A stretch of 64,000 nucleotides of DNA from the NCBI GenBank assembly GCA_964613715.1, contig CAZTJK010000001.1, forward strand, positions 98,763 to 162,762, in the 5' to 3' direction. The notes beneath the pieces were generated by a model. That model saw only the letters and a list, made by a program, of their open reading frames with translations. It ran no database searches and was not told the DNA's origin. How positions within the stretch are numbered: the stretch's first letter is position 1; the number at the start of each line of letters is the position of its first letter. The DNA is from an uncultured Candidatus Saccharibacteria bacterium (lineage in GTDB: Bacteria > Patescibacteriota > Minisyncoccia > Phycocordibacterales > GWA1-40-21). Below are positions 17,589 through 26,788 of this stretch, piece by piece. Both the position numbers and the translations under genes were made by a program.

Positions 17589-18800
17589 TTATTTTTGATA
17601 TGTCGAGAGAAATTCTTTTTTGTATTGTGCGAAAGTTCCGTCGAAAATCGACTGGCGAATCTTTTTCACCAGATTGACGATAAAATGCAGATTGTGGATG
17701 GACGCGAGCGTACCCGCGAGCATTTCCTTGCCATGGAAGAGATGCGAGACATACGCCCGCGAATAATTTGTGCAGGTGTAGCAGGCGCAGCCCTCGTCTA
17801 TCGGCGACAGGTCCGTGCGAAAAGCAGCATTCGAGAGATGGACCTTCCCTCTCTTCGTATATGCCGTGCCATTTCTGCCAAGACGCGTCGGCAGCACGCA
17901 ATCAAAAAGATCGACGCCATTCTCGATGCCCATGAAGAGGTCTTCCGGCTCGCCGATGCCGAGGAGATGCCGCGGCTTTTCTTCCGGCAATATCTCGTTC
18001 ACCCATTTGACCGCAGTCGACATGTCTTCCTTGGCAAATGAGCCGCCGATGCCGAATCCGTCGAATGTTTTGCCATCAACTTCCATTTCGGAAATCACCT
18101 GCGCCGATTTCTTGCGCAGCGCTTCTTCCCTGCCGCCTTGCACAATACCAAAGAGCGCGATCTTCCCATCCATATTGAGCTTGATATGCTCTTCGAGGCT
18201 GCGCTTTGCCCACTTGTGCGTGCGCTCGAGCGCCTCTTCTTGATAGCGGAAATCCTCCGCAGGCGAGGTGCATTCGTCGAATGCGAAAATCATATCGGCG
18301 CCGATATTGTGCTGGATGCGGATTGATTTTTCCGGCGTCATGTAATGTATCGTGCCATCGAGATGCGATTTGAAGGAGACACCGTCTTCGCCGATCTTTG
18401 CAAGGCGCGGCGCATCGGTATCATCGAAGCGCTCGGGAATGAGCAGATTCGGATCGATAGGTTTCAGCACCTTTGAAATATCCTTGCCATATGCAGCACC
18501 GAGCGAGAATACCTGGAAGCCGCCGGAGTCCGTCATTGTCGGCCCATGCCAGTTCATCATGCGGTTTAAGCCACCCATGGCTTTCACCGCTTCATCGCCC
18601 GGCTGTAGATAGAGATGATAGGTATTGGCAAGGACCACCTGTGCACCCGCATCGCGTACCTGCTCGGGATTCAAGGATTTGACCGTCGCCTTGGTGCCGA
18701 CCGTGACGAATGCCGGTGTTTCGATCTGGCCATGCGGCGTCTCAATGATCCCCGCGCGGGCCATGGTGCCGGAAAGTTTTTTTTCGATAGCGAATTTCAC
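17589..18800 (-). CDS. tgt: Queuine tRNA-ribosyltransferase
   Basis: Zinc-site CxCxxC...H (CACYTCTNYSRAYVSHLF) and an LGIGEPEDL TIM-barrel motif. Likely GTG start with a TATGCT box close upstream, suggesting a leaderless message. Confidence 0.85.
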   Translation of the reverse strand: MKFAIEKKLSGTMARAGIIETPHGQIETPAFVTVGTKATVKSLNPEQVRDAGAQVVLANTYHLYLQPGDEAVKAMGGLNRMMNWHGPTMTDSGGFQVFSLGAAYGKDISKVLKPIDPNLLIPERFDDTDAPRLAKIGEDGVSFKSHLDGTIHYMTPEKSIRIQHNIGADMIFAFDECTSPAEDFRYQEEALERTHKWAKRSLEEHIKLNMDGKIALFGIVQGGREEALRKKSAQVISEMEVDGKTFDGFGIGGSFAKEDMSTAVKWVNEILPEEKPRHLLGIGEPEDLFMGIENGVDLFDCVLPTRLGRNGTAYTKRGKVHLSNAAFRTDLSPIDEGCACYTCTNYSRAYVSHLFHGKEMLAGTLASIHNLHFIVNLVKKIRQSIFDGTFAQYKKEFLSTYQK

Positions 18801-18857
18801 GAAAGTACTCTAGCATAAAAATAAAAATGCCGCGCGCCAGAGGCGCGCAGCTTTTTA

Positions 18858-19058
18858 TTATTGCATTTCCTTGAGTTTTCGCTGCACATCCTCAAGGTCC
18901 TTTTCGAGCGAATTGTAGATTTCCGGATATGCTGCGCGCATACGCTCCTGCTGCTCCGGTATGAGCTTCTTGAAGCCATCAAGAAGGAGTTTCAGTGTCT
19001 TTTCCCGCCTGAGCAATTCAGCGTGTTCCGGATTATGATGCTCGAATTGTTCCGGCAT
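18858..19058 (-). CDS. Small acidic hypothetical protein (66 aa)
   Basis: Lies immediately downstream of the FKBP gene. A strong terminator (gcgcgcc..ggcgcgc followed by a T-run) sits just after its stop. Confidence 0.4.
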   Translation of the reverse strand: MPEQFEHHNPEHAELLRREKTLKLLLDGFKKLIPEQQERMRAAYPEIYNSLEKDLEDVQRKLKEMQ

Positions 19059-19062
19059 GCAA

Positions 19063-19635
19063 TTATTTCACTCCAAGAAGCTCAACCTGGAAGACGAGCG
19101 TGGAGTTCGCTGGGATCGGGCCGACTGCCTGTGCACCGTAGCCGAGTGCCGATGGGATGACGAGGATTCTCTTGCCGCCGACTTTCATGCCAGCAACGCC
19201 GATATCCCAGCCTTTGATCACCTGGCCTGCGCCAAGTGTGAAGGTAAATGGCGTGCCGCGGTCATACGAGCTATCGAATTTCTTGCCGTCTTGGAACATG
19301 CCGACATAGTTGACCGTTACCTGATTGCCCGCTGCGGCTACCGCCCCGGTGCCTACCGTCACATCCTGCGCCTGGACCTGATTCGGATTCACGGCCGGTA
19401 TTGCTGCCTGCGCATTGGTATTTGATTGATCCTGCTGCATAGTTGTAGTTGTTGTGTTTGTATCTAGTGCCGCCCCTTTGCTCATAAAATTATTCAGAAT
19501 GCCCTGACCTCCGATAATGACGAGCACGAGCGCGATGCCGACGACGATTGCGATGGTTGTTTTCTTGTCCATACGTGATTGCCTGATTATTAATAAGCTT
19601 CCTGCCATTATACAACAGCCGAAAAAGAATGCCAC
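19063..19635 (-). CDS. FKBP-type peptidyl-prolyl cis-trans isomerase, membrane-anchored
   Basis: N-terminal TM helix, a low-complexity linker, then an FKBP domain (VTVNYVGMFQDGKKFDSS...GKRILVIPSALGYG). Confidence 0.8.
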   Translation of the reverse strand: MAFFFGCCIMAGSLLIIRQSRMDKKTTIAIVVGIALVLVIIGGQGILNNFMSKGAALDTNTTTTTMQQDQSNTNAQAAIPAVNPNQVQAQDVTVGTGAVAAAGNQVTVNYVGMFQDGKKFDSSYDRGTPFTFTLGAGQVIKGWDIGVAGMKVGGKRILVIPSALGYGAQAVGPIPANSTLVFQVELLGVK

Positions 19636-19675
19636 CGCTATTGTCCCGACATGCGCTGTGCTATACTAGCCTGAT

Positions 19676-20395
19676 ATGAAAAAAGACAGCGGCAAAATAA
19701 TCGATCAGGAAATCAAGCACGGCAATCATATCGACGCCGGCTTCATCACCGTCAAGCAAGTGGAGCATGTCATCAAGAACATGGAAAAAACGATGCTTGA
19801 GGAGCTTGATCGCGGCTACAATCTGATCAAGCAGTATCCGCGCTCGGTGAGCATTCTCGGCTCGGCCCGCTTTAACAAAGAGAGCAAATATTACAAGCAT
19901 GCCGACAAGCTCGCGCATCGCATCGTGACTGAGCTCAAATATACGGTTGTCACGGGCGGCGGACCGGGCATCATGGAAGCAGCGAACAAAGGCGCATTTG
20001 ACGCAGGCGGCGCATCGATCGGATTCACGATCGAGCTGCCGAAAGAGCAGCATACGAATAAATATGTCACGGCATCTGCCGATTTCAATTACTTTTTCAG
20101 CAGGAAAATGCTGCTCTTCTTTTCTGCAGAGACATATATCTTCTACCCTGGCGGCTTCGGCACCTTTGACGAGCTCTTCACCATGGTCGCTTCTATCCAG
20201 ACAAAAAAGATCGAGCCGGTGCCGATCATTCTTGTCGGTACGGAATACTGGCAGCCGCTGCTTGATGTGATCAAGCAAAAACTCCTGACAGAAAACAATA
20301 CGATCGACGCGAAAGATATGGATATCTTCACGCTGACCGACTCGGAAGACGAGATCATCACGATCATCAAGGATGCGCCGTATCGCCAGGCATAA
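19676..20395 (+). CDS. LOG-family (TIGR00730/YvdD-like) Rossmann-fold nucleotide-binding protein
   Basis: GGGPGIMEA and PGGFGTFDE motifs. A TATACT box 7 nt upstream of the ATG suggests a leaderless message. Confidence 0.7.
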   Translation: MKKDSGKIIDQEIKHGNHIDAGFITVKQVEHVIKNMEKTMLEELDRGYNLIKQYPRSVSILGSARFNKESKYYKHADKLAHRIVTELKYTVVTGGGPGIMEAANKGAFDAGGASIGFTIELPKEQHTNKYVTASADFNYFFSRKMLLFFSAETYIFYPGGFGTFDELFTMVASIQTKKIEPVPIILVGTEYWQPLLDVIKQKLLTENNTIDAKDMDIFTLTDSEDEIITIIKDAPYRQA

Positions 20396-20432
20396 ATAAA
20401 AACAGAGGGCTCGCTTCGCGAGTCCTCTGTTT

Positions 20433-21047
20433 TTATTTCCCCTTCTCTTCCTCGTCCTTCTTCACGAGATAGTCGACAAGACGACTAATGATAAGACCAA
20501 TAATGACCCAGACGAGCACGACCGCCACATGGCGCAGCCTGCCGATCTGTCCAACGATGCGCAGAAAATCATCATGGAAAAAGTAGCCGACCCACATGAC
20601 AAGCGGCGTGTACATGACAATCGCAAGCGTATTGAAGAGCATGAAGGTCTTTTCCCGCACTTTCATATAGCCGGCAAATACCGGGCCAACGAAGCGCAAA
20701 AACGGCACGAAGCGAGTGATGAATATCGTCGCGCTGATATTCTTCTCAAGCACATCGCGGTTCTTCGCAATGACGCGCAGGGACAATACTTCGTCGATGA
20801 ATTTCTTCACCGAGCGGTTGTTCTTCGACACGAGGCGATAGAGTATATTATCGCCGATGATGAAAGCGATAATGACGATAAAAATGGCTGGTGTGAGGCG
20901 GATCACCCCTTCGCTCGCGAGGTATCCGGTGATGAGCAGGATGATCTCTTCCGGAATCGGAATGAAATAGCCGGAGGAAATCGCGAGAAGGAATATCGCG
21001 ATATACGAGAAATGGCTGATGGAATTTATGACGAAGACTTCTTGCAT
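20433..21047 (-). CDS. DedA-family membrane protein
   Basis: Multi-TM protein with a DedA-like central region. Start trimmed to MQEV, with a TACTAT box 8 nt upstream. Confidence 0.5.
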   Translation of the reverse strand: MQEVFVINSISHFSYIAIFLLAISSGYFIPIPEEIILLITGYLASEGVIRLTPAIFIVIIAFIIGDNILYRLVSKNNRSVKKFIDEVLSLRVIAKNRDVLEKNISATIFITRFVPFLRFVGPVFAGYMKVREKTFMLFNTLAIVMYTPLVMWVGYFFHDDFLRIVGQIGRLRHVAVVLVWVIIGLIISRLVDYLVKKDEEEKGK

Positions 21048-21099
21048 ACGCGCACATAGTAGCACAATTTGAAATGAGCGTCATGTATGCTAGAGTGGC

Positions 21100-21795
21100 G
21101 TGATGGCAGAAACTCGCATCAATAAATTCCTTGCCGAAACGTACAGTGTCGCCCGCAGAAAGGCCGACGAGCTCATTTCGGCCGGCAAGGTATTTGTGAA
21201 TGGCAGGAAAGCGGTGCTTGGCGACAAGATCGGCGCGAATGATACGGTGGAACTGCGGCAGAAAGTGAAGAAGGATTTTTCCTATTATGCCTACTACAAA
21301 CCTCGCGGCCTCATCACGCACAAACAGACAAAAAACGAGAAAGATATTGTGAGTTCGATCAGCATCAAAGGCGTCTACCCTATCGGCCGCCTCGACAAGG
21401 ACTCTGAAGGGCTCATACTCTTGAGCGATAATCCGCGCATCACCGACCGGCTCCTCAATCCGAAATACGATCATGAAAAGGAATATATCGTCTCGACGCG
21501 CGTCCCGGTAAAGGAGCATCAGCTTGCCGTCATGGCTCGCGGCATGGAGCTCGAAGGCGATCTTGAGACCAAACCGGCGCATACGAAGCAACTCGGCGAG
21601 AAATCATTTTCAATTACCCTTTCCGAGGGAAAAAAGCATCAGATCCGCCGCATGTGCGATGCCTTCGCTTTGCCGATCGACAGCCTCAAGCGCGTGCGCA
21701 TCATGAATATCCGTTTGGGCAATCTCCATCCCGGAGGCTATAGAAAAATTGCAGGCGATGAGCTCGCAATGCTCCTGAAATCCCTCGGATTATAG
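21100..21795 (+). CDS. Pseudouridine synthase, RsuA/RluB family, with S4 domain
   Basis: S4-like N-terminus and the catalytic GRLDKDSEGLILL motif. Confidence 0.75.
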   Translation: MMAETRINKFLAETYSVARRKADELISAGKVFVNGRKAVLGDKIGANDTVELRQKVKKDFSYYAYYKPRGLITHKQTKNEKDIVSSISIKGVYPIGRLDKDSEGLILLSDNPRITDRLLNPKYDHEKEYIVSTRVPVKEHQLAVMARGMELEGDLETKPAHTKQLGEKSFSITLSEGKKHQIRRMCDAFALPIDSLKRVRIMNIRLGNLHPGGYRKIAGDELAMLLKSLGL

Positions 21796-21798
21796 GCT

Positions 21799-22293
21799 TT
21801 ATTTAAAAAGAAAATAGGCGCCGACAAACAGAATGATGGCGCAGACCTGGACGACAGAGCCGGTAACTGGCTTATCGAGCATCCGATTTTCGCTGTGAAA
21901 GAAATCGTGCACCTTCTGTGTGATGGTCCATGGCCGCTTTTTGAACGTATAATAGAAAAATTGGAGAAGATCCGGCAGTACGCCGCCGAGAATACCGAGA
22001 AGCGTCGCGAGTGCGCGTGCAGGGCTTCGCGCAAAAATGAGAAATGCGATGCCGATGCCGACGGCGAAATCAGCGGCAATCATGAGGAGCGTGAGCTGCG
22101 CCTTGAAATTGCGGATGATTGACTTGAAGCTTTTCGCATCGCGGTCGAAAAATCCGTCGATATCGTAATCGCGGTGCGGGATCATGTCGAGCATATAATG
22201 GCTGCCGACCGCAAGAACAAATCCGAGTTCCGGATGTTCAGGCGCGAGATTGGCGATCGCGGCGCCGACAATGGCATGGGGACTGAGTATCAT
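21799..22293 (-). CDS. Membrane-bound metal-dependent hydrolase-like protein (YdjM/DUF457-like)
   Basis: N-terminal H...G...G...PDxD-like pattern (MILSPHAIVG...HYMLDMIPH) and multiple TM segments. Confidence 0.35.
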   Translation of the reverse strand: MILSPHAIVGAAIANLAPEHPELGFVLAVGSHYMLDMIPHRDYDIDGFFDRDAKSFKSIIRNFKAQLTLLMIAADFAVGIGIAFLIFARSPARALATLLGILGGVLPDLLQFFYYTFKKRPWTITQKVHDFFHSENRMLDKPVTGSVVQVCAIILFVGAYFLFK

Positions 22294-23457
22294 TTAATTC
22301 GTTTTGATGCAGGCATTGAACGCATTCACTTCCTGATTGTATGTCGTGGTCAGCGATTTGATGTCGGCGACGAGCGTATTGTATTGCTTCGCAAGCACAT
22401 TATATGCTGAGGCTTTTGCATTATACGCATCGGCATTAGAGCTGTCCATCTGGTCGAGCTCTGCTTTCATTGTGGCAAGATTGGCGCTGGTATTTTTCGC
22501 CTCTGCCTGCTCGCTTGCGATTTTCTGCTTCAGCGCGGCATCGGGGCCAGTACAATTGCCGAGCGGCTTGCCGAAAATCTGCGCTGCGATCCAGACCTGA
22601 TTCCCCTGGTATGTTCCCTGTGCCGCATAGACACCGATCTCGACATAATTGCCGTTCAGGATATTCGCCCGGTGGCCGGGGCTATTCATCCACGCGGTCA
22701 CCAGGTCACGCGAACTGCCGAAATTGCCGAGCGCGATATTTTCGCCGATCGTGATGTAGTCATAGCCATGCGCCTTCGCCTCTTTGGAAATATTATCACC
22801 CGATGGCGAGACATGCTCGAAATACTGCTTGGCGAACATGTCATCCACGCGGATCTTGGCAAGGCTTGCAAGCAACGTATTGTTCTCAAGCCCCGGCAGA
22901 TCACCATTATTGTGGCGCTCGATATTCGTCCAGTATTCTATCTGGCTCGGGTTGAGGCTGACGCCATTTTCTTCCGTGCTACCGACGAGCGTTCCGGGCA
23001 AGGATTCAGTACTCGTGCCGGAAGCGGGCGCTTGAGATGAAGTGCCTTCGCTTCCCGGCAATGCGCTCGTCGGCATGACAAGCTTTGGCAAGGAGAAATT
23101 CGGGAATGAAAAGCCGGTCACGCTGAAATCCGGCAATGAGAAGGTGCTCGTGCCGGCAATCGCTGCCTGATTCGGTGTCGGCGTAAAGCCGGCACAGAAG
23201 CGCTTGCCTACTTTCGAGCGCAAATCGCCCTCTTGCCACTCGCCGCTTTTCAAGCCATCGCCATACTGGCGGCAGTAGTCATTGCGAATCGGAAAAATGA
23301 TGTCATTTTTTACGAAGCCCAAGAAGAGGCCGATGCCTTTGGCAAGCTCGTTGAAGGCAGTTGTTTTTGCAGCAGGAGTATCAGCAAAAGCAAAAAATGG
23401 AGTGAGTAGAAGGGCGAAAAGCGATATAGAAAGCCAATTTTTCGCCTTATTTTTCAT
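22294..23457 (-). CDS. Secreted CAP/SCP (YkwD-type) domain protein with a C-terminal coiled-coil region
   Basis: Signal peptide. CAP motifs (MNSPGHRANILN, YDYITIGENIA), then an Ala/Gln-rich coiled coil. Confidence 0.6.
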   Translation of the reverse strand: MKNKAKNWLSISLFALLLTPFFAFADTPAAKTTAFNELAKGIGLFLGFVKNDIIFPIRNDYCRQYGDGLKSGEWQEGDLRSKVGKRFCAGFTPTPNQAAIAGTSTFSLPDFSVTGFSFPNFSLPKLVMPTSALPGSEGTSSQAPASGTSTESLPGTLVGSTEENGVSLNPSQIEYWTNIERHNNGDLPGLENNTLLASLAKIRVDDMFAKQYFEHVSPSGDNISKEAKAHGYDYITIGENIALGNFGSSRDLVTAWMNSPGHRANILNGNYVEIGVYAAQGTYQGNQVWIAAQIFGKPLGNCTGPDAALKQKIASEQAEAKNTSANLATMKAELDQMDSSNADAYNAKASAYNVLAKQYNTLVADIKSLTTTYNQEVNAFNACIKTN

Positions 23458-23499
23458 GGTTTTATTGTACCATGTTTTCTAAATTAGTCGAGAAAATAT

Positions 23500-24237
23500 T
23501 TATTTATCGATCTGGGCCTGGATACGGTCAACGAGTGCGAAATATTCCTGGGAGCGCTTGTCGCGCGGACGGGCAAGCTTCACCTCGATCTCCGCTTTGA
23601 CAATTGCCGGACGCTGACTGAAAACGACAATGCGATCGGACATTTCCACGGCTTCTTCTACGAGATGCGTCACCATGACCACTGTCATCTTGTATTTTTT
23701 GAGGATATTCACGAGCACGCTCCGCAGCCGCTCCGCGGTAATGGCGTCCAAGCTCGAAAATGGCTCATCCATAAATAAGAGGTCGGGGTTTACAGCAAGA
23801 GCCCGAGCAATACCGACCCGCTGGCGCATGCCGCCCGAGAGCTCCGACGGATACTTGTGCTCGAAGCCGACAAGCTCCACTTCAGCTATTTTTTCTTTCA
23901 CAATCCCCTCTCGCTGAAGAGGTGCCATGCCGCTCATCTTCAAACCGAACTCGATATTTTCTTTCACCGTAAGCCATGGAAACAGTGCAAAATTCTGGAA
24001 TACCATGGATATTTTCCCTGCACTCGAAGCGATGCTGCCATGCTTGTGCGGAATGAGGCCGGTCAAAAGTTTCAGGAATGTCGACTTGCCACAGCCGGAT
24101 GGGCCGATGATCGAAACGAATTCGCCTGCATGGACATCGAGCGTTATGCCCTTCAGTACTTCGAGACGTTCATTGGTCTCTTCATTCCTATATATGTACG
24201 AGACATTGCTCGTCGTGATGATGGGTTTAATCTCCAT
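23500..24237 (-). CDS. ABC transporter ATP-binding protein (NitT/TauT-like)
   Basis: Walker A GPSGCGKST, signature LSGGMRQRV and Walker B LLFMDEP. Confidence 0.8.
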   Translation of the reverse strand: MEIKPIITTSNVSYIYRNEETNERLEVLKGITLDVHAGEFVSIIGPSGCGKSTFLKLLTGLIPHKHGSIASSAGKISMVFQNFALFPWLTVKENIEFGLKMSGMAPLQREGIVKEKIAEVELVGFEHKYPSELSGGMRQRVGIARALAVNPDLLFMDEPFSSLDAITAERLRSVLVNILKKYKMTVVMVTHLVEEAVEMSDRIVVFSQRPAIVKAEIEVKLARPRDKRSQEYFALVDRIQAQIDK

Positions 24238-24949
24238 AGAGTTGGGATTTTTTCAGAAGCGGCATCCAGATGAGGCGATTGATGAGAAAGACGACGAGCA
24301 AGAGGGTCGACAGGCCGAGAATCATGCTCTTGTTGCCGGCATCGGCCGAATGGCTGATGAAAGGGCCAATGCCGTTTGCAAGGCCGATGATCTCGACGCC
24401 GATGATCGCTTCCCAGCCGATGGAAAAGCCGACAATGGAGCCCGTTACTGCAGCTGGAAATGCCGTCGGCAAGGAGAAATAGATCATTTTTTTCCAGCCG
24501 GTCGCTCCGAATATTTTCGCGGCATCTTCCCTATCCTTATTTGCGGTCTTCAAGGCATGGAGCATATAAAAAAGAATCGGCCACAAGATAGAAGTTGCAG
24601 CAAATATCACTGTCATCATATTCGTATAGCCGAACCACAGCACGAAGATCGGAATGAGTGCAAAGGATGGCAGGTTTTGCATGAGGTCAAAGACCGGGAT
24701 CAACAGGTCGCCTATCTTATTATCCCCGATCGCGACTGCGATCAGAACGGCAATGACAAGCGAGAGCAGATATGCCGCCACGAGACGAAACAGCGAAATG
24801 GCAAGCGCACCGGAAAGCATCCCGAACGAATCCCCGGAATAAAGCGCGATGCTTGCAATGACAATAGCGATAAATAGCGCAAAAAAAAGCGTTGTGCGCT
24901 TTCGGCGGATTTTTCTTGTCAGATGAAAGCCGTGAATGATCCGAGGCAT
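24227..24949 (-). CDS. ABC transporter permease (SsuC/TauC-like)
   Basis: Six-TM permease overlapping the ATPase gene by 11 nt. No adjacent substrate-binding protein. Confidence 0.7.
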   Translation of the reverse strand: MPRIIHGFHLTRKIRRKRTTLFFALFIAIVIASIALYSGDSFGMLSGALAISLFRLVAAYLLSLVIAVLIAVAIGDNKIGDLLIPVFDLMQNLPSFALIPIFVLWFGYTNMMTVIFAATSILWPILFYMLHALKTANKDREDAAKIFGATGWKKMIYFSLPTAFPAAVTGSIVGFSIGWEAIIGVEIIGLANGIGPFISHSADAGNKSMILGLSTLLLVVFLINRLIWMPLLKKSQLYGD

Positions 24950-25011
24950 GGATAGAGTATAGCATGCAATACAAAAGGCGCGCCGCTTCGCGGCGCGCCT
25001 TTTGTATTGTC

Positions 25012-25224
25012 TTACATCCCCGCAGGCTTCATGATCCTCTTGAGGAGGAAAATGGAATAGACGGCGGAAAGCCCGACAAGGCCATACACGATCGTCGAAA
25101 GCGTCGAGCCGGTGCCGCAGATCGCATCAACCAGATTCCAGTTGAGCGCCACGAGACCCCAGTTCAGGCCGCCGACAATGACGAGCACGAGCGCAATGGT
25201 GTCGAGCCAACTAAGCTTGGTCAT
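25012..25224 (-). CDS. DUF378-like small membrane protein
   Basis: LDTIALVLVIVGGLNWGLVA...VYGLVGLSAVY motif. Start trimmed to MTKLSW. Confidence 0.5.
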   Translation of the reverse strand: MTKLSWLDTIALVLVIVGGLNWGLVALNWNLVDAICGTGSTLSTIVYGLVGLSAVYSIFLLKRIMKPAGM

Positions 25225-25264
25225 GGATATATATTGATTGCTAAGCGACCTTTCTCGCCTTTCA

Positions 25265-25777
25265 TTATACTCCTGAAGATGACCTCGTGAAAGCAAGCGC
25301 TTTTCTCTTTGCCAGCCGGTATTCATGCACGGTCAGACACACGATAAGAAAATCGAGAACAGCCAAGCCGAGCATCCATAGCGAATATGCAAGCGAAAGA
25401 CGGTAGAATTCATACACGCAAAAAGCAGCAAAGACGGTGATCGCAAGCGGATATATTCGCAGTTTCCGCTTTAAAAGCCCGATGACGAGCACGAGCTTCA
25501 CCACGCCATGCGCAAGCATATAAATGCCAAAAAAATACTGTGAGTTGACTGAATACGAGGCCGCAAGATTGACGATGAAATTCGCCACCTTGTCATTTGG
25601 GTCGTCCGATAGCTCCGATTGTAAAAGGTCGAGCACATGTGTGATGAGGTATGCCTTGCTCACAAAGAGGATCACAGCTGCACCAGCTACTTCAAGGAGG
25701 CCATTCATACCTTTTATGAACAAAGTGAATCGAAAGAGCGTGAAAATCTTTTTTTCTTCGGCTGCGTTCATGGCCAT
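25265..25777 (-). CDS. Multi-TM membrane protein, function unknown
   Basis: Four predicted TM helices. 170 aa. Confidence 0.45.
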   Translation of the reverse strand: MAMNAAEEKKIFTLFRFTLFIKGMNGLLEVAGAAVILFVSKAYLITHVLDLLQSELSDDPNDKVANFIVNLAASYSVNSQYFFGIYMLAHGVVKLVLVIGLLKRKLRIYPLAITVFAAFCVYEFYRLSLAYSLWMLGLAVLDFLIVCLTVHEYRLAKRKALAFTRSSSGV

Positions 25778-25829
25778 AGTATAACAAACAAAAAGCCCCG
25801 ACGTGCATCGGGGCTTTGCGGCATTGCCG

Positions 25830-25976
25830 CTATTTGAGCCGGATCATCTGCTGATTCGGCGGCGGCAGCGGAGAATCGAATTCGCTTCGCCGCAGCGGCG
25901 CGGGCTCGAGCTCGGCCATGGCCTGCTTGTAGATATCCGACATCTTCGCGACAAACGACTGAAAGAGTTTCTTCAT
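25830..25976 (-). CDS. Small hypothetical protein (48 aa), below the ORF-track size cutoff
   Basis: GGGAGG Shine-Dalgarno 6 nt before the ATG (MKKLFQSFVAKMSDIYKQAMAELEP...). A minus-strand terminator (gccccgatgcacgtcggggc followed by ttttt) lies immediately downstream. Confidence 0.45.
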   Translation of the reverse strand: MKKLFQSFVAKMSDIYKQAMAELEPAPLRRSEFDSPLPPPNQQMIRLK

Positions 25977-26030
25977 TGCGATCCTCCCACATGGAAATAA
26001 CGACACTAATAGAAATATACCATGTAATAT

Positions 26031-26759
26031 CTATTTGTCAAGATAGTGGCGCAGCGTGTAGAGCCAGTCTTCTTCCCCTTCTTCATTCGTACGCTTCTGC
26101 TCGAAAAGCCATTCGAGATACCGGCGATCCGTCTTCAGCACTTCTTCAATAGTCTTGCCATTGTATTTGCCAAAATTGAACTTGGTGAAGAGCACCGGCG
26201 TGCGAGAAATCTCCATCATGCGCTCGATCGCTGCCGCTTCGCTCCCCGCCTCTGCTGTCATTTTTGCAAGCAGCCGCGGAAATATTGCTGCAAGCACGCG
26301 CACATCCCCCTCGGCATCATGCGCCGTGCCTGTTACATCAAGGTGCAGATAGTAGCGGAGAAATTGCAGGCCGTATTCAGGAATGGCATTCTCCTTGTCG
26401 AGATAGCGCGCCATGCGGAAGGTGCAGATGAAGCGCGGCACGGAAATACCTTCAGACTCGAGCATGCTGATATCGAATTTCGCATTATGCGCCACGAGTA
26501 TTCCCTGCTCAAGCAGCTTTTGCAGATCCTTTGCCATGCTACTCCCAGCAAATGCTGGCTTGTCCGCCAGCATCTCATTCGTAATATGATTGATGCTCAT
26601 AGACTTCACAGACACCGGCATTGGCGGCTTGAAGTATTCAGTGCGTATCGTCTCCCCTGCCTGATAGCAGACTTGGCAAAGCCGGTCTGTGCCAAGAATA
26701 TTTCCAGTCGTTTCAGTGTCGAGGAAAATGAGCGGTAAATTATTAAATTTAGATTGCAT
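26031..26759 (-). CDS. DnaQ-like 3'-5' exonuclease (DEDDh family) with a C-terminal extension
   Basis: Exo I motif LIFLDTETTG and Exo III motif HNAKFDISML. Confidence 0.65.
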   Translation of the reverse strand: MQSKFNNLPLIFLDTETTGNILGTDRLCQVCYQAGETIRTEYFKPPMPVSVKSMSINHITNEMLADKPAFAGSSMAKDLQKLLEQGILVAHNAKFDISMLESEGISVPRFICTFRMARYLDKENAIPEYGLQFLRYYLHLDVTGTAHDAEGDVRVLAAIFPRLLAKMTAEAGSEAAAIERMMEISRTPVLFTKFNFGKYNGKTIEEVLKTDRRYLEWLFEQKRTNEEGEEDWLYTLRHYLDK

Positions 26760-26788
26760 TTCTTTTTTGCTATTAAAAACAGTTGCTT

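Noticed and set aside
25768-25992. 74-aa minus-strand ORF from the track
   Set aside because: It reads through a rho-independent terminator hairpin. An alternative 48-aa frame with a strong Shine-Dalgarno (25830..25976) fits better.
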